64,000 nt of DNA, from NCBI GenBank assembly GCA_963727895.1, contig CAVSHT010000005.1, forward strand, positions 1 through 64,000, written 5' to 3'. The position numbers and the translations under genes are program-made. The notes below the pieces were generated by a model that did no database searches, was not told the DNA's origin, and saw only the letters and a program-made list of their open reading frames with translations. Position 1 is the stretch's first letter. Each line of letters opens with the position of its first letter. Positions 1 through 10,704 of the stretch are shown here, piece by piece. This DNA is from an uncultured Methanosarcinaceae archaeon (lineage in GTDB: Archaea; Halobacteriota; Methanosarcinia; Methanosarcinales; Methanosarcinaceae).

Positions 1-278
1 CCTTAATTTTTAATCACCAAACTCAGTAAGGCAGTATATATTTATATACTTAAGCGTTATTATTATGCACTAATTTAAAGTTGTATAGAAAAATAACCTT
101 TACTTAACAACCTTTAATTGTGTCTGTAATTATCAGTTTTAATAAAAAAATTATAATAATGCCTTTAATTAAAAGCGTTGTTAGAATTTTGATTGTTAAC
201 CTTATAATATAAATTTTAACTATAATAATTTTAATTATCTATAATCCAATTTTTGAGTGTTTTTAGAGGTAAATAAAA

Positions 279-1052
279 ATGGAAACGGCGAACGAAAATC
301 CTGAAATTTACTATCGAGAAGAACTTCATTCTATTAAAGAAGAAGTAACGACTCTGCGACATGAGTTCTCAAGGTTTTTGCAGCGATCAAACCAACAGCA
401 TATCGAAGGAATGATTGGAGATATGAGAAAGAGCTTCATGAAGCCTATGGTCGCGTATCTCTGCGAAGATGCAAGCGATAGGCTGCATACCCGAATGACT
501 GTGGACTGCGGAATGCGTGGTTATTGTGAGACATCTTTTAGTGAGTTTTTGCAAGAAAGCGCAGAGCTTATAGGAAAGGGCAAGATCGAAGCTGAAACCA
601 TAAAACTATACCACAATAGGCTGGAAGAACTAAAAAATGAAGCAAAAACCTCAAACTGCAGCAGATGTTTTTCCGAAGCCACAAATCTTTTTGAAAAGCA
701 AGTCAAACTCATGCGTTCGCTTCAGATTTATGAAGAAAAAGAAGAAGATAATACAAAAATAGATATTAGCACTATCGAGCCTGAGAAACTGGTCTCCGAA
801 GTATGTGAGCCAGTAGCGAATCGACAACGTCTTTTGATGCTTAAAGCTCTTTCAGGAGAAAGCAAAACTTTTTCTGAACTTTCCAAACTTACAGGCCTGC
901 GAGGCGGAAATCTACTCTTCCATCTTCAGAAATTGCTTGAAACAGGCATGATTTTGCAGAGAAATGAGCGGGGAGATTATATTATCACCAGAAAAGGGTA
1001 TTCCACTTTACAGGGTCTTTCTAAAATATATTATGAGATTGAAAAGGAATAA
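279..1052 (+). CDS. Transcriptional regulator: Cys-containing helical N-domain plus C-terminal ArsR-type winged HTH
   Basis: C-term PVANRQRLLMLKAL..KTFSELSKLTGLRGGNLLFHLQKLLETGMI is ArsR/wHTH-like; GAGGT RBS upstream. Confidence 0.75.
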   Translation: METANENPEIYYREELHSIKEEVTTLRHEFSRFLQRSNQQHIEGMIGDMRKSFMKPMVAYLCEDASDRLHTRMTVDCGMRGYCETSFSEFLQESAELIGKGKIEAETIKLYHNRLEELKNEAKTSNCSRCFSEATNLFEKQVKLMRSLQIYEEKEEDNTKIDISTIEPEKLVSEVCEPVANRQRLLMLKALSGESKTFSELSKLTGLRGGNLLFHLQKLLETGMILQRNERGDYIITRKGYSTLQGLSKIYYEIEKE

Positions 1053-1207
1053 AAAAGTTCAAATCAGTTAACAGGCCATGAAAAGGATGATAAGCCTCCA
1101 ACAGGAAGTGAAGAAATAATTAATAAATTAAAAGAGTACTAAATATATAACAAATATGTTCATACAGCCCGAAAAATATATTTTAGAATCGGGTTAAGCA
1201 AATTTCT

Positions 1208-1438
1208 TTAACCATCGTTACCAATTGCTTCTACAGGACATGCATCTAATGCTTCCTCACAGAGTTCTTTTTCTTCGTCGTTTTCAGGCTGTTTATATAC
1301 ATAAGCATTAGAGTCATCCTCATTCATCTTGAAATTTTCTGGTGCTGTATCTACACAAAGATGACATGCTATACAGCTATAGTCACAATAATAAGGTCCT
1401 GGGACATTTTCAGAAACTTTATCTGTATTATTAGCTAT
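1208..1438 (-). CDS. Small single-cluster ferredoxin (76 aa), not in ORF track, apparent ATA start
   Basis: Manual translation ANNTDKVSENVPGPYYCDYSCIACHLCVDTAPENFKMNEDDSNAYVYKQPENDEEKELCEEALDACPVEAIGNDG*; CxxCxxC..CP motif; in-frame TAA two codons upstream of the ATA. Confidence 0.85.
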   Translation of the reverse strand: MANNTDKVSENVPGPYYCDYSCIACHLCVDTAPENFKMNEDDSNAYVYKQPENDEEKELCEEALDACPVEAIGNDG

Positions 1439-1785
1439 ACCTTATTCCCCCATTGTGTTTATTTCACAATAAGAGTAATTAAAATGATTTTTATATATAA
1501 TTTAACATTCGAAGGAGATTCTTGCTCAAAATTTTACCTGGACATATTAAATTGAATAGTTTTAAGTGATAAAACTTCTAGTTTTATGGAAACTGAGATT
1601 CAACTATCCAAACTTCAGAAATTTCTAAAATGCAGAAATGATCTTCACTCCCAAAGATGTCTATTCCTAAAAATGTCCTGAAAAAGTTCTTTGATCGGGC
1701 ATAAATAAGTGGTTGATATTTTACTTTTGAGTATTTTTGCTTAATAACAGATTTTTTAGGTAAAAATATATCTCTATGAAAGTAC

Positions 1786-2547
1786 TCAAGCTTTAGTTAT
1801 ATACTCGTACCTAACATCTGCCCTTGTAATTTTTGGAACCTGCCCCCACATGCCAATGTACTCTCCCTGGATCACAAGTGCACCTTTTATTCCTGGAATC
1901 CCTTTTACAGCTTTAAAAGAAGCTTCTACAGATTCTTTTCCGATACCTACCTCATTTCCAAGAGCCGTTGCAGCTGCATCCGCAAGAGATACGTCATCTG
2001 AGAATATTGCAGCAGCATCTGCCATTCCAAAGCTGATTGAAGGACCAACTGTCCCTGCCGAAGTACATACACCTGTAATCGAGTTTCTGGGTTCGAATAT
2101 TAGTCCCAAATTTTTAATAGGAGATTGTCCAGCATATATCCCAACAACAACAGGTCTGTCATTAATAAGTGCGATATCTCCGCCGTTATCAACAATAGCA
2201 TATTTTGCTCCTGCTTCGACCATTGCTTCAACTGCCAGGGCAGAGATTGTGCCTGCAACTGCACTCATTGGCCCGATTCCCATAGTATTGCCTGCTTTTA
2301 CCATCCTCCTGACAATTTCAGGAGCATTTTTTGGGCATTCGTAAGGTTCAAGAGTAAGTTGAAAATAAGGGTCAGAAAGGATATAAGTCTCAAGGGATGC
2401 TCTGTAAATACAGATTGATTCTTTTGCAGCTTCGATATATTTCTGCTTATCGGCTGCAATTGTAACTATGGTTTCCTTGAGCTGGAAATGCTCTTTAATC
2501 GGGCTTCTGTAAGGTTCTTTAGTGGATTCTTTTGTGGGACTTGGCAT
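1786..2547 (-). CDS. UPF0280 / ApbE-like family protein
   Basis: [39 protein letters not shown] motifs. Confidence 0.85.
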   Translation of the reverse strand: MPSPTKESTKEPYRSPIKEHFQLKETIVTIAADKQKYIEAAKESICIYRASLETYILSDPYFQLTLEPYECPKNAPEIVRRMVKAGNTMGIGPMSAVAGTISALAVEAMVEAGAKYAIVDNGGDIALINDRPVVVGIYAGQSPIKNLGLIFEPRNSITGVCTSAGTVGPSISFGMADAAAIFSDDVSLADAAATALGNEVGIGKESVEASFKAVKGIPGIKGALVIQGEYIGMWGQVPKITRADVRYEYITKA

Positions 2548-2646
2548 ATTGGTTCAGATTGGATTTATTGCTTAAAAAATAAGTGCTCCCAATTCCAGAA
2601 GTTTTTTTAAAAAGAAGAGTACAGAGGAACCTAAAAAAGTGACTCT

Positions 2647-4635
2647 TTAAACCAGACCCCTACGTCTTTCACTTTTATATTCTTCAAAGAGACTCTGAAG
2701 TTCATCCTGTTTGGCTTTGTGACGTTTTTCATCGGCTTCTTTTTCCCAGTCTGCAATTGCAGCTTTAAGAGTTTCTGGTTCTGCCATTGCGAAATCTTCG
2801 GCTCTTTCGAGCAATATATCTTTTAAGACTGGCACATCTCCTCTAAAGAAAGTTTCTTCGGCTGCATGAGAAATGTCTTCAGGAATAATTACGGCGCGAA
2901 TTACGGCTTCTACAAGAATTTGAGCTGTTGAGGCTCCGCCTCCGCTTGGATTTTCCAGGAAAACCACATCGCCTGTCTTAAGCCCATACTTTTCCTTAGT
3001 TTCAGCAATGGATTCCTTTGTAAATGCAGCAATAACTTTGACAGCAGTACCTTCGCCACGAACTTCCATCTTCTGGATTTTACGTAATTTATTGCTTCTG
3101 CGCCGCAGTTCTTTTATGGTTTTATTTTTATGGCTTGCTTCTTTTTTGAGGTTTTCAATGTTTTCATCCTTTATCTGAATTTCTTTTAATCTTCGTACTT
3201 CTTTATAAGCTTCTTTTTTGAAACCGTTCAACCTTGACTGAAGTTTTGAGATTTTTCTATCTTTTGAAAGCAGTTCTTTCTTTAATTCGTCAAGATACTC
3301 CTGCAAGTGCTGAATCTGTTCATTCTGCCGCTGGACGGTATCTCTCATTTTTAGCAGGGATTCATCGATTGTCCTGTCCTCAGGCTTTTCTATAAGCTCC
3401 CTTGGCTTTGGCTTTTCAGGTTCACTTAAAATCTTGACTTTTTCAATTGCTGCCTCTATAGAATCTCCACGGATTACATAAAACTTTACCAGTTCGAAAT
3501 CTAAGTTCTGAGGAATCTTCTTTTCAATTCGAGAAAATATATTTTTGTAATTTCTATAAGTGAGAAGGGCTGCAGTCAATGCATCTCTTTCATGGTCGTT
3601 AGAATAACCAAAAGTTTTTCCAAGAGCAATTTTTTCCTCGGCAGAGACCTCTATCCCAGGACTTGCTGGAATTGCATTGAAACTTCTTCGGATTTTCTCA
3701 ACTGAACCAGGCATTGGAGTTACATCACTGGCAACAACTGCAGGTTTTCCATACTCGGCAATAAGTTTAACCACTTCATCAGGAGATATTCCCCTGAAGC
3801 TTTTTAAGTAGAGTAACTCTCCATCAAGAGAAAGAATAGCTATTCCCACAGTTGTTCCAGGATCAATTCCCACAAGCGTAAATTTACGTCTAGGGTTTTT
3901 TGGTTTAAGAGGAACGTATCGGATTTTATCGCGTTCAACACTTCTTACGCTTACCTGAGCATCGTTACTTGCCATTGGATGTATCGGTATTTCTCCACGT
4001 TTTGCATAGACAGTGAATTCAGACCTGACATAACCTCCGAAACCTTTTACGTTTATGGCTTCGAACCTTATGCCTTTTTCTCGGGAAAGGTTTTTTAGAA
4101 CATTTTCAATTTCCCTGCTTCTTTGCAGTACAGTCCCATGTACCTTCCGACAGTAGCGATTCTGGCTCCAGCCTCCTCTTCCAAGAGAACGAGCTCTACT
4201 GACTTTTATCTTTGTAATATCTTCAAAAAGGGAGACTTCATGTCCAACCCCCATATCCGCAAGCCGAGCACATGCTTCGGCTTCTTCATTAGGATTTTTG
4301 GGGTCAAAAGAAAATCCTTTTTGCCGTGCAAGCCTGACAAGCGGCTCAGGATGCAGTCCACCCGTGACCTGAACCAGTTTAACGCCTTCAGGCAGCTTTT
4401 CCATTAGAGATAGAAGCTCGCTTCTATCGGCTGCAATCTCAAAAATATTATCAACAGCTATTATCTCCGGCTTTTCTCTCTGGATCATGTTGAAGATCTT
4501 CTGTCGCCGGAGCATACTTTGATGGGAAACTTTCCCGTCTTTAAGGATAGCAAGTGCATATCTGGGAAGTTCTTTTGCTCTTGGGGAACCTCGAGCAATA
4601 TCAATTCCATAGATAATGTTTTTTTGCATGAGCAT
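2647..4635 (-). CDS. DUF460 family protein (RNase H-like fold plus coiled coil)
   Basis: GIDI and VGIDPGTTVG motifs, HERDAL, long coiled coil. Confidence 0.8.
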   Translation of the reverse strand: MLMQKNIIYGIDIARGSPRAKELPRYALAILKDGKVSHQSMLRRQKIFNMIQREKPEIIAVDNIFEIAADRSELLSLMEKLPEGVKLVQVTGGLHPEPLVRLARQKGFSFDPKNPNEEAEACARLADMGVGHEVSLFEDITKIKVSRARSLGRGGWSQNRYCRKVHGTVLQRSREIENVLKNLSREKGIRFEAINVKGFGGYVRSEFTVYAKRGEIPIHPMASNDAQVSVRSVERDKIRYVPLKPKNPRRKFTLVGIDPGTTVGIAILSLDGELLYLKSFRGISPDEVVKLIAEYGKPAVVASDVTPMPGSVEKIRRSFNAIPASPGIEVSAEEKIALGKTFGYSNDHERDALTAALLTYRNYKNIFSRIEKKIPQNLDFELVKFYVIRGDSIEAAIEKVKILSEPEKPKPRELIEKPEDRTIDESLLKMRDTVQRQNEQIQHLQEYLDELKKELLSKDRKISKLQSRLNGFKKEAYKEVRRLKEIQIKDENIENLKKEASHKNKTIKELRRRSNKLRKIQKMEVRGEGTAVKVIAAFTKESIAETKEKYGLKTGDVVFLENPSGGGASTAQILVEAVIRAVIIPEDISHAAEETFFRGDVPVLKDILLERAEDFAMAEPETLKAAIADWEKEADEKRHKAKQDELQSLFEEYKSERRRGLV

Positions 4636-5183
4636 CTATATTTTATTTTTATAGAATATATATCTATCTGCACTCATTATTAATATTTAAATCTATTTAT
4701 TCACAGTATTTTCAAGCCTTTTCTAACCTTTTTTAGGAAAAATTACCATCTGGATAGATTCTCAGGTTTCTCCGTAAACAGGTTAGAATTATAGTAGATT
4801 ATTATTTGCAATTGAGATTTATCGCTCAAAAATTCCAGGCTACTGTCAAAGAATATTTTTTTCGCTTGGATTTTTCAGGATATATATTAGGACATATATT
4901 ATTTATTAGTTTATGTTTACATATTTCAGCATTGAGCTCGTGATATATATATTAGTAACCTAATAATTTTTCACTATAGTTATTTTTTTATTATATAGTT
5001 TTCTTGCTAGAAACAGGATCAAAAGTATCATATACAAGGACTAAAAATATAATACTTAATAAGTATTGTAAATAATTTTAATAGTGTTCAGTTTATTTTA
5101 AAAAGTGTCTATTGATTAGTGTAGATTCTCTAAAAATAATAAAATTAGAGAAAAAAGTAGGGAAAATAAGTTGAGGTGAAGAA

Positions 5184-5582
5184 ATGTTAAAAAATCGGTT
5201 TATAATTGCAGGTTTCATGGTATGTTTAATTCTGGCTATGATTCCATCGGTCTTGAGTGCTGCACCTGCTAATAATCAGGGAACTGCTCTACAAGTAAAT
5301 GCTCAAACAACAGCTCCAGCAGTCTTATCACAAAAATCATCATCTACAGCATCTGTAACCAGTAACATAGCAACCAGTTACTGGCTTGAATTGAAAGTCT
5401 ACCCTTCTACCAATAAAAGGGCATTGTGGCTCTATGCAGGTAATGACTGGAGGTATTTATCCAATCCTTCCAGTAATATAGAAAGCTCTGTACAACAAGC
5501 ATTTGCTAATCCTAACACTTTTGAAGTTAAGGTATGGTACTCTGGAAGTAAGATTGTTGGATTAGTAGTAAAAACTAAATAA
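5184..5582 (+). CDS. Secreted hypothetical protein
   Basis: GAGGTGA RBS, signal peptide, Ser/Thr linker, aromatic-rich C-domain. Confidence 0.7.
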   Translation: MLKNRFIIAGFMVCLILAMIPSVLSAAPANNQGTALQVNAQTTAPAVLSQKSSSTASVTSNIATSYWLELKVYPSTNKRALWLYAGNDWRYLSNPSSNIESSVQQAFANPNTFEVKVWYSGSKIVGLVVKTK

Positions 5583-5966
5583 TTATAATCTAGAACAAAA
5601 TCTTAAATCGTGATCCAAAAACACAGAAACGCAATATCCATTTGCACATTCTAATTTTTAAACTTTCAGGATTTACGCAGTTGCCGGCTTTGCAGGAAAC
5701 TTTAAATTTATATAGTTCCATGAAATTTTTATATATTTAATAAACCAGTAAGAATATTTCTTATAATTTTATTTTTACAGGTAGCTTGTTTTATCATAAT
5801 ATTGACTCTGCATGACTCTTTAATTCAATGCAATTATATCTATCATATTGACAAAATTGAAAGAATTTCTACAACGCTCATAAGTATATTTAAAATGAAA
5901 TACTGTTTATGAAAAGATATTTAATGCATTAGCATAGAGGCAGAATAAAAACGTAAGTGAACAATA

Positions 5967-6761
5967 GTGAAACAATGCCTTCTTAATATGATTCTTATTT
6001 CAGGTAGAAGAATAGATATTTTGCTGCTTCTGAAGGAAAAACCAAGGGATATTGGTGAAATCAAAAAACTGCTTAAAGTAGAAGCAAATTCTATCCAGCC
6101 GCATATTAAAAAACTGAAAAATTCAGGTCTGGTAACCGAGAACAATAAAATATATAGATTGTCCGATATAGGAGAAATGATCCTCGAAAACATGCAATTT
6201 CTCCTTAGTATATCAAAAGTTTTCGGAGAAAACACTGAGTACTGGACAAGCCATGATTTGAGTTCGATTCCTGAGTTCCTGCTAAAAAGAATTGACGAAC
6301 TAGGATTCTGTGAATTAATTGAACCTGATACCGGACACTTAGGTGAGACCCCAAAAATACTTCTTAATAGTATGTTAAGCTCAAAAGAAGTTCTGACCTT
6401 TACAGCTTATTTTCACCCACAAGCTCCTTTAATTTATGCAGAACTTGCTGAGAAAGAGACTAAGATTACGCTATGTATGACCGAAAATGTTACAGAACGT
6501 TTATTTTCAAGCCACCGATATGAAGCAGAAAAATTGTCTAAAGCTAGAAACTCCAGTCTTTTTGTATTGCGAAAGCCGGTGATAATTCCCGCGTTAATAG
6601 TAACGGACAACCTTTTTACATTCAAACTCTCTGAAATTGATGGGAAGTTAAGGGATCAATTGGCCCTGTTTTATGGAGAAAGAGCTATTTGCTGGGGGAA
6701 AGAGCTTTTCAAGTACTGCATGAGTGCAGCTGAACTTCTGAATGAAAAAGAATTCCTGTAG
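5967..6761 (+). CDS. Winged-helix regulator with DUF1724-like C-domain
   Basis: N-terminal wHTH; YWTSHDLSSIPEFLLKRIDELG and WGKELF motifs typical of this Methanosarcinales family. Confidence 0.75.
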   Translation: MKQCLLNMILISGRRIDILLLLKEKPRDIGEIKKLLKVEANSIQPHIKKLKNSGLVTENNKIYRLSDIGEMILENMQFLLSISKVFGENTEYWTSHDLSSIPEFLLKRIDELGFCELIEPDTGHLGETPKILLNSMLSSKEVLTFTAYFHPQAPLIYAELAEKETKITLCMTENVTERLFSSHRYEAEKLSKARNSSLFVLRKPVIIPALIVTDNLFTFKLSEIDGKLRDQLALFYGERAICWGKELFKYCMSAAELLNEKEFL

Positions 6762-7015
6762 TAAAATTTGGTTATATTTAGAGCCTTTAATTCCCATTGT
6801 AGATATCTAAAGTCATCATTTGTAAATATCTAATAGATATTACTTTTGGAAGAAGGGTTTTGAATCTGTGATAAAATATTTCATTAACCTAAATTGTTTT
6901 TATAAAACTTAATCTTGATCTGTAAATTTTTAATTTAATGCATTATTTTCTTAGCGTATTTTGCATTCAATATTATTTTCCATATATATTTACAAAATTG
7001 ATCTAAACTTTCAGA

Positions 7016-7473
7016 ATGGCTGTTCGCATTATTACGAATATTATCAAATTTAAACCCTTTGAGGACAACTGTTTCAATTTTCAAAAAGCAATTCATAAAA
7101 GTGATATAGTTACACTTTGCATTATCTTTGAGGGGGTAAAACTGTCTACATTTGAGTTTTTTAAAGGATTAATTCTCTTTTTCGTCGTTACTGTAATAGG
7201 ATCAGTAATTTCTTTGATGCTGGATTATTTATCTAACAACGAGTTAGTTGCTTTTTATAACTCAATAAATATCATATTTGCTAAAGGTTTTGATATCATT
7301 GTAAGGTTTCTTCATTAAACACAAAAGTACATAACTATAAAAATAGATTATAATGTATGAGCATGTCATCCAATGCTGCAATCGTATTTGGAATACCCAT
7401 AGCTTACTTTGTATTTTTTGTACTTTGCATAATTTTATTAATTTTCATTATTTATTTTAGAAAAAGGAAATAA
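7016..7473 (+). pseudogene. Degenerate membrane-protein gene, or small TM peptide at 7357-7473
   Basis: Hydrophobic ORF 7016-7318 followed by MSMSSNAAIVFGIPIAYFVFFVLCIILLIFIIYFRKRK*. Confidence 0.3.
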
Positions 7474-7513
7474 ATAATGAAAATGTTTTCTGTATAAATT
7501 ATTCGTAACTTAT

Positions 7514-7792
7514 TTAATCCTTAAAGATTCCACATCCTTTAAATATTGATTTTGCCTCTTCAAGACTTAAATCTCTAGGAGGCACTATAATATCTGATTT
7601 CAGGATCTCTTCTGCTCCAATAGGCTCTCCTTTTTCTTCGACATTTAAGATTAATTTAGTAAGTTCATTGTGGAATTCTACGACTTTTTCTTCCTCAACA
7701 AGCTTAACAATTCGGTTATCTATCTGGTTTAGTTCGTCATAGAGAGCATCAGGTGCTCTATATTGACCTTCACCCGTAATCCTGATTATCAA
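7514..7792 (-). CDS. PspA-associated protein PspAA-like
   Basis: IIRITGEGQY..LNQID..SDIIVPP motif; directly downstream of pspA. Confidence 0.8.
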   Translation of the reverse strand: MIIRITGEGQYRAPDALYDELNQIDNRIVKLVEEEKVVEFHNELTKLILNVEEKGEPIGAEEILKSDIIVPPRDLSLEEAKSIFKGCGIFKD

Positions 7793-7821
7793 CTCCAGAC
7801 CTCCTTTTATTTATCAGTACC

Positions 7822-8547
7822 TTATTCCCCTTTTTTCTCTTCTTCAGACCCTTTTCCAGCTTCAGCCTTAAGCCTGGCGAGCTCTGACTCTACATTATTC
7901 TGAGTACTGATTTTTGAGAGTTCACGATCTATTTCGTCTTTATTACCTGTAAGATCTTCCAATGTGCCAGCTTCCATAAGTTCATCAATTGCTGCTGCCC
8001 GAGCTTTCATCTCTTCTGTCTTATTTTCAGCCCTTTCGAGTGCAAGACCTACATCTGCCATCTCTTCGCTTATTCCTGTAACGGATTCATTTATTTTTAC
8101 CTGGGCTTCAGCAGCTGAATATTGGGCTTTAATAGACTCTTTTCGAGTCCTGAAAATCTCAACTTTGGTCGAAAGGCGTTTTTCGGACTCTATCAGTTTT
8201 TCTTGCTGTTTCTCAAGCTCTGCAATTTCCTTGTCGATTCCATCTATCTGCTGTCCAATAGTAGCTTTTCTTTCAAGAGCAAGCCTTGCAAGATCCTCTC
8301 TACCAGCTGCAATTGCATCTCTAGCCTGTCCTTCAAGCTTGTCAGTATTCTGAATTAGTTTTGCACGCTGGAGTTCTAGGCGTTTTTTTGAGCTTGTAAC
8401 TTCTGCAACTCCTCTTTTTACATTCTGCAGCAGTTCTATCTGTCTTTCGTAGGAATAGTCCAGTGTTTCCCGTGGATCTTCTATCTTGTTAAGAACTTTG
8501 TTCATTTTTGATTTGAATACTGTTTCCATTCTATTGATTAATCCCAT
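7822..8547 (-). CDS. pspA: PspA/IM30 family protein
   Basis: EDPRETLD, GREDLARLALERK, ARAAAIDEL, VESELARLK coiled coil. Confidence 0.9.
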   Translation of the reverse strand: MGLINRMETVFKSKMNKVLNKIEDPRETLDYSYERQIELLQNVKRGVAEVTSSKKRLELQRAKLIQNTDKLEGQARDAIAAGREDLARLALERKATIGQQIDGIDKEIAELEKQQEKLIESEKRLSTKVEIFRTRKESIKAQYSAAEAQVKINESVTGISEEMADVGLALERAENKTEEMKARAAAIDELMEAGTLEDLTGNKDEIDRELSKISTQNNVESELARLKAEAGKGSEEEKKGE

Positions 8548-9099
8548 GTGTTTTTCCCCTTTGTTTTTTTTAAATATTCAAGCCGATAGTCTGCGGCATC
8601 CATACTTTTTAATGTTCCTGTTAAATCTTTCAGCCATTTTATTCGACACTTTTAATAACTGCTGCCCACATGTTTTTACTGGAGTTATCTTATCAGTTTA
8701 TTATATGTGTACTTTTTATTATATGTGTACCCATTTGTATTCGGTTAAGATACGATCTATAAAAAATGTGTTATCTTTGTTGCCATTTCTGTAAACTTAT
8801 AAATGTAAATCGAGATGCAAAGATTATTGCAGTAGTCATTATAACGTTAACAGATTCCTTAACCGAATACAAATGTATGTGTACCTACAAATATCCTCCT
8901 AATAAAACACTCTTTTTGTACCAAATATTTTTCCCTCAATATAAAATATTATATCCCAAGTAGAATACTTATCTATTTAACTTGACTATGTTTAGTCCAA
9001 GATCCAATTTAATGTTCCAACTGTAAATTATTTACTTTGAATTCTTTTTTGTAATTCAAACAATATTATATGTTTCTAATTATATAAAATAAGGTACTA

Positions 9100-9126
9100 T
9101 TCGTTGATGTGCGAACGGTTTATATA
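9100..9126 (+). promoter_or_regulatory. MsvR-type operator TTCG-N8-CGAA immediately upstream of a TATA box
   Basis: TTCG ttgatgtg CGAA at 9100-9115, TTTATATA at 9119-9126; fits the described MsvR box TTCG-N7-9-CGAA. Confidence 0.7.
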
Positions 9127-9154
9127 CTGTAAATGTAACTTACCTAAAGATATT

Positions 9155-9889
9155 ATGGTAAAATCTGAGAGTAAAACGGAATTTTTTTACAATAAAAATG
9201 GACTGATAGCTATAGGCAGTCCTGTAAAACTCCAGATTCTTAATTTACTGAAAGAAGAACCCCGGTCATTTGATGAAATTGTAAAGTCGACGGTAAAAGC
9301 CAAATCAACTATTTCCGTGCATCTCAACAATCTCAAATCATGCTATCTTGTAGAAGAAAATTTTGATCCAAAAGATCGCCGCCGAAAGATTTATTCTCTT
9401 ACTTCCTACTACATGGGCTGTTCTCAAGAACCTTTCATTGAGCATTACAGGAATTTGCTGGAAAAAGCTCCTGCAAATGGAAAAGACAGATTATGCTTTT
9501 CAGAAATTATATCACAGGCTCTTTATTTTGGCTTTGAAGCATATGGAATTGATAATACCCCTGTTGTAAAAACGATAGGAATTGATCTTGGAAGATCTAT
9601 TTCCTCTATTTTTGAATCCGAAATCCCTGAGGAGCTTCTGGTGGAAATTGCAGCTTTTCTTGAATTCCACGAGTGTCGGGTTTCCATACTCATAGATCTT
9701 CCTGCTCTTAAAGTCGAAGACGATCTCAAAGCCAGATCAATGCCAATCATTGGGAAACCTTTTTGCACCTTGAGAGAAGGGATTATTGAGGGTATTTTCA
9801 AAGAAAAACTCAATAAGAATTACAAAGTTACCGAAACCGAATGTTATGGGACAGGTCATGGACATTGTCTTTTTAATATAACAGTGTAA
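9155..9889 (+). CDS. msvR: MsvR-like redox-sensitive regulator (ArsR HTH plus V4R domain)
   Basis: N-terminal HTH; V4R cysteines PFCTL..EGII..ETECYGTGHGHC; start moved to ATG 9155 because the promoter occupies 9100-9126. Confidence 0.75.
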   Translation: MVKSESKTEFFYNKNGLIAIGSPVKLQILNLLKEEPRSFDEIVKSTVKAKSTISVHLNNLKSCYLVEENFDPKDRRRKIYSLTSYYMGCSQEPFIEHYRNLLEKAPANGKDRLCFSEIISQALYFGFEAYGIDNTPVVKTIGIDLGRSISSIFESEIPEELLVEIAAFLEFHECRVSILIDLPALKVEDDLKARSMPIIGKPFCTLREGIIEGIFKEKLNKNYKVTETECYGTGHGHCLFNITV

Positions 9890-9952
9890 ACTTATTTTTC
9901 AAACAAACAGTTTCACATAAATATTTTTTTAACTAGCTTTCTTTTTTAGAGA

Positions 9953-10651
9953 TTATTTAGGAGCGTCTCCAATTACAACTCCCATTTCTGACTTCAGTCG
10001 ATGCCCTATTGCTGCAACTATACCCGGACCATCGGTTTTTTCCCGACACACGATTACATGTTCCAGTAGCCCCAGACGTTCAATTTCATAAATATCCCTT
10101 CCGTGACCCGTTTTTTTAATTGCGCTTTTAATTTCCGAACGCGTTGCTCCGTTAACAGTTACTTTATCCGTAGCTGCTTTTTTCCAGTTCCACCATACAT
10201 CAAGCTGTTTTTTCGTAAATCGGGCTTTTAAAGTCTGATCCGCCTCAATAATCTCAATTTCAGCTGGCAAATGAGGTATCAGGCCGAATCTTGAAGCAAG
10301 CTGCTTTGGCTTCCCACTGCCCAAAGCTTTCAGTTCCTCGATTTCAATCCTTACAGGCACACCAATATTGACCAAAAAAGCATCCTCTTTGAAAGCCTGA
10401 AGAAAACCAATATATATCCTTCCAGGTTCAATTTTTTCTGCAGGTGTTCCGTATCTGGTTGTCAGTAAATTTGCAGATATTTCCTCATCTTCACCCTTAA
10501 GAGTGAACTCTGCCCAGTTTTCAGGAGTAATAGAAATTCCAACTTTTACTTCAAGATCTTTCAATTCATTTTCAACCAGGGTTTTCAAAAGCCCAGCCAT
10601 TCTTTCCCGATTCTTACCGTAAATATGCTGGAGGGTTACAACTTTTATCAT
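9953..10651 (-). CDS. DUF2110 family protein
   Basis: TGHGRDI..ERLGLLEH..TDGPGI motif. Confidence 0.7.
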   Translation of the reverse strand: MIKVVTLQHIYGKNRERMAGLLKTLVENELKDLEVKVGISITPENWAEFTLKGEDEEISANLLTTRYGTPAEKIEPGRIYIGFLQAFKEDAFLVNIGVPVRIEIEELKALGSGKPKQLASRFGLIPHLPAEIEIIEADQTLKARFTKKQLDVWWNWKKAATDKVTVNGATRSEIKSAIKKTGHGRDIYEIERLGLLEHVIVCREKTDGPGIVAAIGHRLKSEMGVVIGDAPK

Positions 10652-10704
10652 ATTTTTCCTACCTATTTTTCTTTTCTGTTTTTTACTGAGAACCGAACGA
10701 TTCC

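Noticed and set aside
1850..2418. Antisense ORFs here and over pspA, uvrA/B/C, pheT, lon and the IS elements
   Set aside because: Shadow frames of well-supported genes with no motifs
5667..5684. CAGGATTTACGCAGTTG, resembling an IS/MITE terminus
   Set aside because: No partner end found; too short to call
8486..8963. ORFs 8486-8794 and 8766-8963
   Set aside because: AT-rich divergent promoter region, no RBS or motifs
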